Positions 1 to 12,985 of a stretch of DNA of 64,000 nucleotides are shown piece by piece (positions within the stretch are counted from its first letter, which is position 1; each line of letters starts with the position of its first letter). The stretch is from the human T2T-CHM13v2.0 reference genome, Homo sapiens. The notes under the pieces were generated by a model, which had not been told where the DNA came from, searched no databases, and saw nothing but the letters and a program-made list of their open reading frames with translations. The stretch lies in the NCBI RefSeq assembly GCF_009914755.1, contig NC_060929.1; one strand, given 5' to 3'. The position numbers and the translations under genes are program-made.

Positions 1-62
1 TGGAGGGTGTTTATCAATTGTATATTCTTTTTTTTTTTTTTTGCATTTTACACCTGTGTGAC

Positions 63-391
63 TTTTATTTTATTTTATTTTTAGTTCCAGGATACATGTG
101 CAGGATGTGCAAGTTTGCTACATGGGTAAATATGTGCCATGGCAGTTTGCTGCATCTATTAACCCATTACCTAGGTATTAAGCCCGGTAAGCATTTTTTT
201 TTTCCTGATGCTCTCCCTCCCCATCCCCACCACTGACAGACCCCAGTGTGTGTTGTTCCCCTCTCTGTATCCACGTATTCTCATTGTTCAGCTCCCACCT
301 ATAAGTGAGAACATGTGGTGTTTGGTTTTCTGTTCCTGTGTTAGTTTGCTGAGGATAATGGCTTCCAGCTCCATCTATGTCCCTGCAAAAG
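63..391 (-). mobile_element. L1PA-type LINE-1 3' UTR fragment (5'-truncated)
   Basis: T-rich tail then 'atacatgtgcaggatgtgcaagtttgctacatgggtaa' ... 'cagctcccacctataagtgagaacatgtggtgtttggttttctgttcctg', reverse complement of an older L1PA 3' end. Confidence 0.9.
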
Positions 392-876
392 TTGAAGTGT
401 GCAATAAGACCATACATTGTGCTGTGAAATATATTTTATATTTTTAAATACTTTAATATATGCATTGTTTTATATAGTTTCAAATTATCTAAATGCATTC
501 CTTGTTTGATTTGCCAATAATTGAGAACAAGCAAATGAGGCAAATTAATATCTTTTGAAGTTGAGTGAAGTAATAGAACTCCATAGAGACTTAATTCTAA
601 TATGACTATAAAAATATATTTTACTAAGAATTATTTAGTTTTCTTACAATGATGTAAAGAAGAAAAACAATTAAGTTTGATCTAAAAACAACCATTAGTG
701 CTCCAAACCCAAAATAGTAGTAAAAATAACAGTTATTATTGTATTGTTATTATAAAAGAAATATCAAATTCAGGATGCACTCAAATTCGATAAAGTAGAG
801 CCCCCTATTTATATGTTCTAGAGAAGAGTAAAATGTTATTAAACTCAATGGAGCATTTCTGAAAGGTGTAGACTAA

Positions 877-1093
877 CAACTATCAACCAGATAAAATTTT
901 GCTTGCCACAGGGCATTTGGAAATATCTAAAGACTTTTTCGATTGTCAACTAAGAGTGGGAGTTCTACTGTGATCTAGCAGATGGAGTCCAGGGCTGTTG
1001 CTCAGCATCCTACAATTACAGGATAACCTCTCACAACAAAGAATTATTCTACAAAATTTAATACTGTCAAGGTTCCTGATGTATAGAAACTTG
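877..1093 (+). mobile_element. MER20 (hAT-Charlie) fossil
   Basis: 'gggcatttggaaatatct..gacttttt..gattgtca', 'cagggctgttgctcagcatcctacaat..caggata', 'acaacaaagaattatt' are collinear with the MER20 consensus. Confidence 0.8.
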
Positions 1094-1544
1094 AAAAGAA
1101 CATGAAATTTTAAAAAAGAAACCTGTTGAACTGCTATGAGAAGGACATAGCCAGTGCTACTCAAGACCTGAAATATCCAAAAGCCAAAGCAAGCCAATGT
1201 TGTAGGCAGTGCATGGGAGAAGTTGCTGTTGTTGATGTTCCTCTTGTCCTTTTTACACACGATCTTTGAAAGCATCCATAGCATCCTCAGGTCTGGCATT
1301 TTCTAAATGGCGAGACTCCTGAAAGAGAGGACACTTTCCCAATAGAGCAGGTTTCATAGGTTAAGCGAATTCTGAACCCTGCTGTGGCCTAAAGTGAAAA
1401 TGCCTGATTAGAAGAGTGTGTCACAGCCATGCTTAATCTCACTAGATCATCCCAGTGTGAGCATTCCATGGTTGATAGAAAAGATGACAATTAAGATGAT
1501 GAAATATATAAAATAGGAATGAAAAGGGATTATTTTGAGATATC

Positions 1545-1760
1545 TCAGACACTAACTCAAAGTTTAGAGTGCAAATAGTTTATGTGGAAGTTAATCCCAG
1601 GATTCACTAGAAGGAAAATCGATAAAGTGTGACTACAAAGCCAGTAACCGCAGAACACCTGAAGCTAAATTCTTCTACAGAACACTATCCCACAAGTAAG
1701 AGCATATGCCATAGAGCTATCTCTAAATAGAGAATCAAGGCACTGAAGTTTTGGTATATG
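1545..1760 (-). mobile_element. Ancient ERVL-type LTR fragment (LTR33/LTR16-like)
   Basis: 'cagacact..caaagtttagagtgcaaatagtttatgtggaagttaatcccagga' resembles the LTR33-type motif 'gagtgcaagtagtttatttgggaggtgatcccagga'; heavily diverged, boundaries approximate. Confidence 0.5.
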
Positions 1761-1885
1761 AATACTCATAAGTCAATGGATGAGGGCTGCTCTATTGGGA
1801 ATATTTTGCTGTACAGGGGGAAATCTTCCTATAGTCACTTTGCCTTATTGATCCTTGTTTCCTTTGGAATCATGCTGGAAGGTAA

Positions 1886-2105
1886 CCACTGGTATGTTGC
1901 AGCTGGCCTGTATGGCTGTGAGGGAGGGCTAACTGTGCATCTCTTCCCAGTTCAGTGGTCAGGGGCATCATATAGGTGGCTTCAAATAAATCCTAAAGAA
2001 TTTGCACCAAGGAAAACAAGGTAAGAAAATCAGATATTGGAAAATTTTTTGCGATGTCTTTTTCTCAGTGAGTTGGTTGTTAGACCTTTATCAGCACAGC
2101 ACAGC
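1886..2105 (+). mobile_element. MER63A (hAT-Blackjack) fossil
   Basis: Degenerate TIRs 'ccactggtatgttg' ... 'cagcacagcacag'; internal 'gtgcatctcttccca', 'atttgcaccaaggaaa', 'gagttggttgttagacctttatcagcac'. Confidence 0.75.
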
Positions 2106-5090
2106 TCCCACTTCCACAGTCTTTCCTATAGACAGCCAAATTCACTGCCTGGAGAAAAGGCACAGCCTGGTCAGCATACATTTGCTAGATCCATTCTCGG
2201 TTGCCTCTGACTATTTTTTCTTTAAACACTATATTTACTGTATAGCAGTCTTATAATACAATACATGAACCAATATTGTACAATATTTTATATTGAACCA
2301 GAATGAACCAATAATACAATAAATGAACCAATTAATGAGACAATATTGCTGTCAAACAGCACCTTTTACCATGCATATCAAATCTAATAAATTTCCCTTA
2401 TGGAATATCAGAAAGAAATTAATTGTTGATCTTTCTTTGTATCAGCTGTTTAATAATTCATCACAATAATAAAATTACAAGTTAATGCTTCAGTATACCA
2501 TGAAGGAGAAAATACTAATCAGGAAATACCATTATCTTTTCCAGAATATTATAAAAACAGTTCTAACATTTTTTAACTGTCATGTTTAGGTGAAATAAAG
2601 CTTAAGTAGAAGAAATAATCTATTGGTATGTAACATAACTGAGTTTGAAAATCGTTCACCTTTAATAAGCAATAAGAGCCCTGTGGTGTCTTCTTTAATT
2701 CCTTTAAATAATTTATCATTTGAATCTCCCCTGCCTGGAAGTTATATAGGGTAAGTTACTACATATTTTTTTCTTCATCATGCCCTTTAGCTTATAACTA
2801 CATCAAAGATAGTTCTGAGCTGCTCCGAAAAAATGCCTCCTCTTCAACATGCATGCCGTTATTTTAAAAGATGTTATGAAACAACATGGCTTATTTGAAA
2901 AGACCACAGGATTTATTTTAAGATGTCAAAATAGCACATTCAACATTGGCTTTGATTTTTATTTCTTTATTTAACATGGTTTTGATATAGTAAGCATATT
3001 AATTTGGTCCACTTAAAAATTTATAAGTGTTTTTCTATGCAAAGCAATGAAATAATCAGAAAACTGAATATCAAAGTATGGTTGAAAATGCCTGTGACAG
3101 CCAAACCTCAGTCTCACAAGTATTCATGAGTATTATTAATACTCTTCAATTTGTGATATATAAAAATGAGATCTTTAGTGAATGAGAAAATTTTCATTTT
3201 GGTTTTAGTGTTTCACTTAACATTGATTAAAAAGTAAATAAAATATTTCATAGGCCAAGTGCAGATCTTAAATGGGAGTATAAATCAACTATCATTCTAG
3301 ATGTTATATTACTATTTCATTGTCCTTACCCAATTCATTATGCCTTTTCATCAAAGCTTAAATAAAATTAAACCGACACTTTCAGTTGAATAATGTGGCA
3401 TAGAAGTTGAACGTTAGAATGATTTCTTTTAACATTTTCCCTCTTGTCATTTATTTTAACTACTGGCATTTCCCCAATCCAACTCTCTTGAAAATTTCCA
3501 GTGAATGCCCATGTTTGTGATTAAGTTAATTTACTTAGTAGGCAGAAATTCTTCCTAGAAGATAAGCAGAGAATATAACAAAATCAAGAAAAATAATTTA
3601 TGTATTAATAATCTGATACCTTACAAATGTTGTGATAAATGTGCACATTTTTATAATCCTTAATTGTAGTTTATGTTTGAACACTCCAAAATATCAACCA
3701 CTGTAACACTGCAAAGTATTAGGCACTGAAATGAGATAAGGAATTTTTCACTAAAATTGTATTTAATTTAAATACATATAACTTAACAAACTTTATATTT
3801 AAAAGTAACATTTTTATCTTGTAAAATTTGTCTTCAAATATTATTTTCTTTAAATATATGATCAGTAATTTAGAAAGCATTTTCATATAATGATATGTCT
3901 TTATTTACAGATATTAAAATAGTTGATGACCAATAACATTACAAAATTATCTTTTGCTATCCAAATTTTCATTATCACCATATTTGCTTTTTCTCTGAGG
4001 ATATGCAAAAAAGTATGCAAAATTCATTGTCTGAAAAATTCATCCTAACTAATTTTCAAGTGAATATGAATGAAAATGTTTAGTTTTGTTCGAGTTCGAG
4101 AAACTATAGGAGATAGTGTGTCATATCCCAACTGTGTGTATGAGAGGAGCACCTCTTGTGCTCAGTAAATGTTGCTTAAATGTGTTTGTTGTCCCTCTTA
4201 TCTTCCCTTTTCTTACTATGACCTTGTTTCTGGGTCCTCAAGTTTACTCTACTAGGCATTTGGAACACAACCACTCTAAAAATTTTAGATTCTGAATTCT
4301 ATGATAAGTGAGGAAAGTTGATGGGCCTCCCTCCAAGCCTAATCCTCCTCGTGAGAGTAAGCTTGGATGCACGTTTCATCCACTCTCCCAAGAGACTGCA
4401 CTCTATATTTAATTCAATTTAATATGAATGGTTATGTTGTGGCAAATTTGTTTAAAAATTACTTTAGTAAAATAAGCAATAAGCAACAATTATCACTTGC
4501 TGACACATGCATCATCTCTGTGAATAGAATAGAAGGAGAATAATTTAATAAGCCATACATTAATTGGATAAACTGCTAACGGATCATGAGAATATAATCT
4601 TAAATTGGCGTGAATATTATACTATGTTCTCTATTCCTCCAGAAATACCAACTTGTTAATATGAATTCTTGATCAAATGCCTATATGACTATACTAAAAT
4701 GAAAAATCCCACTTAACTTTCAAAGTTATCTATTTGATTTATCTATAAGAAGTCTGGTTGAGGGACAAAAAAAACTAACACTGTATTATTCTTGCAGTAC
4801 TTCTTTTACTTTTACTTCTGTGTTATGTTTCACAAGCTCTCAACTGGTCTAGTGGTTTGTACTGTATCAACTTAGCCAAGCTTCAAGATTATACCGTTTA
4901 GTTAAACAGCAGGTAGTCAATATGCCAAAACTTTAGGTATGTACAAGAACAAATTAAGGTGTACCATGAACTATCTATTAAAAGAGAGAGAGAGAGCGAT
5001 TGTTCAGTAAATGGTTTTCCTGTATATTTTTCTAGCTATGATATATTTCTGATTCATTAGGGATAAACCAACTTTTCTGGAGTTGCATAC

Positions 5091-5525
5091 TGTTACCAAA
5101 ACACCAGGGGTTTGATCTGGGTCCTGCTGTTCACTGCACAGAAACCCAATGACTGAGATGATGAGTGTTGCCAGAGAAGAAGGCTTTAATTGAGTGCTAT
5201 AGCCAAGGGGGGAGCTCAGTCTCAAATCCATCTCCCTGACTGACTAAAGCTAGGGGTTTATATAGTAGGGAAGAAATGTAACAATATGTAAGAAACCAGG
5301 AGCTAGGGAGGGGCAAACAAATCATGATGAATGAGTGGTCTGGCATCTCATTTTCTGGATACGGTGATCTGTTGAGTTTCAGCCTTTGCTAGTATTTTTG
5401 AGCAGCCTAAAGGAAAGAACTATGTTAAAACAAACATAAATTTCAAGCTTTAAGACCAGAAGGGTTAATTTATATGTTTATTTAAAAAAAGAAAAACTAT
5501 CTATGGGACTAGTGGGTTGGTTTCA
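5091..5525 (-). mobile_element. Solo ERV LTR (LTR26/LTR47-like; subfamily uncertain)
   Basis: TG...CA termini ('tgttaccaaaacaccaggggttt' ... 'gggttggtttca'); near-matching 4-bp TSD atac (5087-5090) / gtac (5526-5529). Confidence 0.8.
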
Positions 5526-5665
5526 GTACTAAGCTTCAAGACACCCATTTGCATATAGAAATACACATATGTGCATACATGTATTTCTATACATATATTC
5601 ATTTATAAGTCTATATGTCAACTTTTTAAATGAATTATCCAATAAAATAATTTAATGAGCATTAT

Positions 5666-7240
5666 TGATGGCAGTGGCAGCCCATCTGGAGCAGCTGCTG
5701 CCATGATGCCTCCTGCAGTGGGAGAGGTGTGGCCAGGGCCGAACGCTCCACAGAGCCAGCGGGAGCTGGGAACAGTTGGAAGCCCTGCTCCCTTCTGAGT
5801 CGGTAGGGTGGGAACTTCATGCTACATGGCCACAGCTGTGGTTGCCCAGCGATGGCTTTGGACCCAGGCATCCCTGTTCTCTTGTGGGATGAGAGCAGGC
5901 AGGAGCCCTGTGCTCCTGGGCACTGCTGCAGCTGTGGGCCTGGGAGTCTCTTTGCTCTCAGGAGCCAGGGATACCCCTACAGGCTTACAACTGCCTGCTC
6001 CTGCTGCCTGGCCTCTCTTTACTCTCAGTGCTCAGTTTGATCTTGGAGAAAAGTTGAGGCCGAGCCTAGGCACTGTTGCAACCCACCCAAGTATGTGCAC
6101 TCAGGGCAGTGCTGACAAGAGAGCCCCCTCCTGACTTGGTACCCTCCAGAATTTGGGTCCTAATGAACATGGGAAGGAGGCCAATGAGGGAGCTGTAGGC
6201 AGTTGGGTGCTGGCCTACAGGCACCCCTCAGCACAAACAACCTGGGTGCCATGGATGAAGGTAGGAGGCAGACAGGCTCCTGGGTGGAAAGTGGCAGGTC
6301 CCTGGTGAAGTCACACTCAGGCCAGATACCACCTGAAGCCTGGAGGATGGGCTGATTAACCAGAATAGGAACTTACGGTGCTTTTTCTAGGCCCACCCAT
6401 GAACCAATCAGCATGCACATCCATCCCTCTGAAGCCCATAAAAACCTTAGACTCAGCCAGACTTGAGGAGATGATGGGACAGCCAGCTGCAGAGTGGACC
6501 TACCCAATACAGGGTCTCCTCTCTGCTAAGAGTTGAACACTCATTGGGACACCCTGGCTGCTGAGAGGAGCTACCCACTGTGAGTCTCCTCTGAGCAGTT
6601 CTATTGCTTGATAAAGCTCCTCTTCATCTTGCTCACCCTCCACTTGTCCACCCACTTCATTCTTCCTGGAAGTGGGACAAGAAATGGGGACCCACCACAT
6701 GGTGGAGCTGAAAGAGCTGTAACACAAACAAAGTTCAAACAAGCTTCTTGCTCACCACATTGCCAGAGACAAGGAGAGAAGAGAGAAGGAGAGAAGTGCT
6801 GTGGCCCTTTTGGGATCCCAGACCTAGGAGCTTCCCAGACAGGGCTATGATACCCTCTTTGGGGCTTGGCAGTTCCTGGCATCTCCAAGCTTCTGGGTAC
6901 CACCGCATTCCCTGGTGCTAGCTGTGGAAGCTGTTTGAGGTATGCCTGGTCCAGCTAGTCTTGAAGGGAGCTCACACCTATGCTAGCACCTGGAGCTGAC
7001 CAACCCACTGCAGCCAAAATGCCTGGCTGTGTGTGGTGGCTGGACCTCATGCTCACTCACACACACCACTCTCTGCTTGTCTCACCTTTGGCGGCATGGG
7101 ATCCAGGGTGGCAGTGTGAGCTGAATGCGGCCTACCAGGCTGAGTGAGTCCAGCAGGCCCAAGCAAAACTCAGGCAAAGGTGCCACACTGTCCACAGAGG
7201 CTTCCTACTGGTGAAGTGACATCTCAAGGATCCTGTAACA
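5666..7240 (+). mobile_element. MER52 solo LTR (ERV1), full length, 1575 bp
   Basis: Starts 'tgatggcagtggcagcccatctggagc', ends 'ggatcctgtaaca'; perfect 4-bp TSD TTAT (5662-5665 / 7241-7244); GC-rich block that accounts for the ORF cluster at 5662-6903. Confidence 0.92.
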
Positions 7241-7341
7241 TTATATTTATAAGACTTTTCTCAAAATATTAACAGTATTTCAAATAATATTATTTAAATA
7301 TATGCCTAACCATTTAAAAATACCATTTAATCTAACCTCTT

Positions 7342-7451
7342 AATGGCGAGAGCCCGGGAGGCAGAGCTTGCAGTGAGCTGAGATCATGCCACTGCCCTCC
7401 AGCCTGGGTGACAGAGCGAGACTCTGTCTCAAAAAAAAAAAAAAGAAAAAA
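7342..7451 (+). mobile_element. AluY-like right-arm fragment with poly(A)
   Basis: 'aatggcgagagcccgggaggcagagcttgcagtgag...actctgtctc(A)n'; no clear TSD. Confidence 0.9.
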
Positions 7452-8729
7452 TTCTGAATGCAGAGGTTATGATTACCCATTTTATAGATATTTATAAATA
7501 TTTACAGATATTTAACAAATTGAAAGATTTATTCAAAGTACAGCTCAGTGGTGTGCCAAGGTCTATCTCTAATATGATTTTCATTGATTTTTCACTTGAA
7601 TTATAGCTTAAATAAATACTCTTTCTTTTCAATGCCTAGAATTAAATAAAATCTATCTAGAGATTACGTATATGTATATATAATTGTAAAACAATATTAT
7701 ACATAATTCCATATAAATATATGTAAATATATTTATACAATGTATGTATAGATAGCATTCAGCCACAGTATCATTTAAAAGCCTTCTGTATTCTGCTCTA
7801 CAAATTAATTTATTCTTTTAAATCTTATGTTATTTAAATGAATCCTAAGGACCAACCTAGACTTCAGATTTTTAAGGATACATCTTTATCTTCACCAGTT
7901 CTAATAGTTCCTCAGCTGTAGTCAAAATGATGATCTTTCCTATATAGAAGATTTTAAATAGATATTAAATTCTTCACCCCCTACTCTCAACATTATTGGT
8001 TTCTAAATTAAGTCAGTGCTACTTGTGTACTTCACGCAGGACAGCATTATTTGGTTATCAGTCATTCATACCCTTATTGCTTGGAGAAAACAAAAAACAA
8101 TAAATAAAACCACAGTTTTGAGGGTGATAAGAATATCCCATGCTTCTTTCCCAGATACTCGGTTTCTAAGCATGGTTTGCAAACGGATATGGCCATGAAA
8201 CCTGGTTATCACCTTTAAAGTGAAATCTGGTGGGGTTACAATAAAGTTAAGATCAACCCAAAGAAAAACCCTTTTTGCTCACCCTTCACACTCTTTGAAT
8301 TTAGGAATGAGATACGAAGTTGAATAAAGAGGCTGTATAATGAAACTCAAGGACAACACACAAAAAATGGCTAAAAAGAGCTATTGACTGATGAATTTGA
8401 GGGCATGCTATTTGACTCTCTGGCAGTAGGATAAATAAATCTGTTTCTTTAGCTACCATTAGTTGAACATTCTGGGGTTCACCATTGATATAATTCTAAA
8501 GTGCATAAACAAATATTATTACACCTGTATGTGTGTGATTGATGAAACCAGTGCTAATTAATATAGCATTGTAATTGTCCACTTAAGAGGAAAAAGTCAG
8601 TCAGACTGCTCATAACATATATTATACTCTTAAATATGAGAGAAGAGCTTGTAAATATATGGAAGAAATAAAGTATATGCCATTTTCAATCATAATTTTA
8701 AAGAAAACAAGTGTAGTAACACTGATATT

Positions 8730-9310
8730 TGAAGAAATAGACTTGAAAAAAATATTACTAGAAATAAGGAGAGGTATTTGATATTAAAAGTATAAATTCA
8801 AGAAAAAAGTATCACAGCATAAATGTGTATGCACTGAATAACATGGGCTAAAATATATAAAACAACTTAGTTATAAGATGAATAAGTTCTAGCGACCTAA
8901 TCTACAGCATAATGACTATAGTTAATATATTGTACATTGAAATTTACTAAAAAAGTAATCTTAATTATTCTTAGTACATGCACACACAAAAGTAACTATG
9001 TGAGGTGATGGTTTATGTTAATTTAGCTTGATTGTGGTAATCATTTCATCATGTTTATATTTCAAAATATCTCATTATACACCTTAAATATATAAAATTT
9101 TAATTTGCCAATTATACATCAATAAAGCTAAAAATATGTAACAAACATTCAAGATAAAAGGAGTAATATGTAAATTTATTATCATATTTGGCAATTTTGA
9201 CTCACCACTCTCAGTGACTGAGAGAGCACAATGGAAAGGCAATTAGAATACAGAAGATTTAAACAATAAGATTATTCACTGTAACTTAATTGATATTATA
9301 GGACATCACA
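8730..9310 (+). mobile_element. Old L1M ORF2 (endonuclease region) fragment, interrupted
   Basis: 'aaatagactt..aaaaaatattactagaaataaggaga', 'aaatgtgtatgcactgaataaca', resuming at 'ccactctcagt..gagaga' and 'gaagatttaaacaa'. Confidence 0.65.
8868..9135 (+). mobile_element. L1MA9/10-L1MB-type 3' end nested in the older L1
   Basis: 'agttataagatgaataagttctag..acctaat.tacagcat..tgactatagttaat', 'gtaactatgtgaggtgatgg..tatgttaat..agcttgattgtggtaatcattt', ends 'caataaagctaaaaa'. Confidence 0.85.
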
Positions 9311-9852
9311 AACAATAGAAATCAGTTCCAGTAAAATATGACATTACATCTTGGCCATTTAGGATTGTGCTTGTCAATGGATAATTAGGCACATATAAAA
9401 TGATTTTGTGTTGTTTGGGGGTGGCTAATACTGATTATTAAAGAGTAATAATGTTGCTATTACAAAATAAATTTCTTCAGTCATACTTGTTGTTTTCCTA
9501 AGAAAATGTCTAGATCTTTGAGGAATTTCCTCCTAAGGATAGATTTGTAGAAGCATTTATTTTTTGCGTCCTACTACACAAGTTAGAGGGTGCACACACA
9601 CTCATCTCTAGGACAGTGGAGATACCCTCTTAACTGCTGTGTGACATGGACTTGACCTATCTGTAAATTGACATTTTTTTTTCACACTCACAAAAGTTTC
9701 TCGTTAAAATTCAGTGAACGAAGTGCAACGTGGGTTGGATTCTGCATCAGAGAAAGGACACTAATTGAAAAACAGATAATATCTGAAAAAATGTATTTCC
9801 TTAATAAAATCAGTTGAGATGTTTATCTTTGGCTATTGGTTGTTTTAGCATA

Positions 9853-10227
9853 TGCTATGGTATGAATGATTGTCCCCTCCAAAACTCATGTTGAAACTTA
9901 ATGTGGCAGTGTTGAGAGGTGGAGCCTTTAAGAGATGATTGGGTCATGAGGGCTCTGCCATGATTGGATGAATGGGTTAATTCATTAATGGATTAATGGG
10001 TTATCACGGGAGTGGGACTGTTGACTTTATAGGAAGAGGAAGGAAATCTGAGCTAGCAGGCTCAGTGCCACCTTAGGACTCTGCAGAGAGTCTTTACCAA
10101 ACGAGGGACCAGGTCCAGTCTCTTCACTGTGGACTTCGCCTCCAGAACTGTAAACAATTCCTTTTGTTTTTTGCAAATTATCCAGTTTTAGGTATTCTGT
10201 TATAAGAAACAAAAATGGACTAAGAAT
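9853..10227 (+). mobile_element. MSTC-like MaLR solo LTR
   Basis: 'tgctatggtatgaatg..tgtcccctccaaaactcatgttgaaactta' ... 'ggtattctgttataag.aaca.aaatggactaaga'. Confidence 0.88.
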
Positions 10228-10314
10228 ATAATCATATATGAACCTGTTTCATTTCTTCTAATAGATTGTGAGTCCTTGAAGGACAAATATCATAACATAA
10301 ACATTTATATAATT

Positions 10315-11600
<1,286 letters not shown>

Positions 11601-12319
11601 GCCACCATAATATAAAAGTTACTTAGTGTCATAACTCACTTGCTTTACTCTCTGTATAACCTCAACAAATAGTTCATGATTGAGTCTCTTTCTAACACAC
11701 ACTCCTGAATGCCATTATAGCATAAATCAATCTGAATGTTTATGGTTGTTTTGAAAAAGCAGTACATGAAATCCCTGATAGGAGACAAGATATGCATGAG
11801 ATATTTTTATATAAACTGCATTGTCATAAAAGTCCTTAGACTTTCATTTGTGTAAGCAGCATTTGAAGAAGGCTGCTTTAAGTTGAATGGTATTTGGGAA
11901 TAAATCTGAATTACATTTTAATACAAACCATAAAACCAACAATAGGAAAAAAGTACTTTGGGCTTCACAGAAATTATCTGTAAAGATAAACGGACAATGA
12001 AAGGTTTTTAAAAAATCTTAATGAAGTACTTTTTTTCATATTGTGATATGACTAAGAGTGATTGCAATGTTTTAACAACCACCAAATGAGGTTAGATATG
12101 TATGATTCTAAAGAGAACAGGAGAAACATAGGGCTTTATTGCATATATAAATATTACTTTTAAGTGTTCTGTTTGAGATTGCTTGAATTTTTGAGATGAA
12201 ATGCAACTCACATCTCTATATATGAAGTGCTATACAAAATAGAAATGAAGATATATAAACTGACAGTAACCTTTATTATATTAGAATATACATTCCCAGC
12301 TGAAGTTTGTTGACTACTC

Positions 12320-12323
<4 letters not shown>

Positions 12324-12354
<31 letters not shown>

Positions 12355-12640
12355 AGAAGGAGTCTCTCACTGTTGCCCAGGCTGGAGTGCAGTGTTGAGA
12401 TCTAGCTCACTGCAACCTCCTCCTCCTGGGTTCAAGCGATTCTCCTGCCTCAGCCTCCCGAGTAGCTGGGATTACAGGTGCCTGCCACCACACCCGGCTA
12501 ATTTTCTTTTCTTTCGTTTTTTTTGTTTGTTTTTTAATTTTTAGTAGAGACGGGGTTTCACCATGTTGGTCAGGCTGGTCTTGAACTCCTGACCTCGTGA
12601 TCTGGCTGTGTCGGCCTCCCAAAGTGCTGGGATTACAGGT
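12324..12640 (-). mobile_element. AluS (Sg-like), lacking ~20 nt at its 5' end
   Basis: Poly(T) plus Alu dimer; degenerate TSD gactactctcaa (12312-12323) / ggctaccctcaa (12641-12652). Confidence 0.95.
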
Positions 12641-12698
12641 GGCTACCCTCAATCTTAAGCTATCACATTTGCTTAGTAAATGTCCACATGTTACCAAA

Positions 12699-12701
<3 letters not shown>

Positions 12702-12732
<31 letters not shown>

Positions 12733-12985
12733 AGACAGGATCTGTTCTGTCGCATAGGCTGGAGTGCAACGGCACGATCATGATGGCATCTACCTCCTGG
12801 GATCAAGTGATTCTCCCATCTCAGCCTTCCGATTAGCTGGGATTATAGACGCATGCCACCATGCTGAGCTAATTTTTAAATTTTTTGTAGAGACCCTGGC
12901 TGGTCTCAAGCTCCTGGGCTCAAGCAATCCTTTCACCTTGGCCTCCCAAAGTTCTGAGATTCAGGTGTGAGTCACCATGCCTGAC
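12702..12985 (-). mobile_element. AluJ
   Basis: J-type 'gagacaggatct', 'ctcctgggctcaagcaatcct', 'ttttttgtagagac'; small internal deletions. Confidence 0.93.

Noticed and set aside
2545-2756. Possible 206-nt exon ending at AGG|GTAAGT (2750/2751)
   Set aside because: Very AT-rich body, no listed ORF and only a modest acceptor; chance level.
5662-6903. Cluster of overlapping 69-108 aa ORFs suggesting a gene or CpG island
   Set aside because: It lies within the GC-rich, CpG-depleted MER52 LTR, where stop codons are simply rare.
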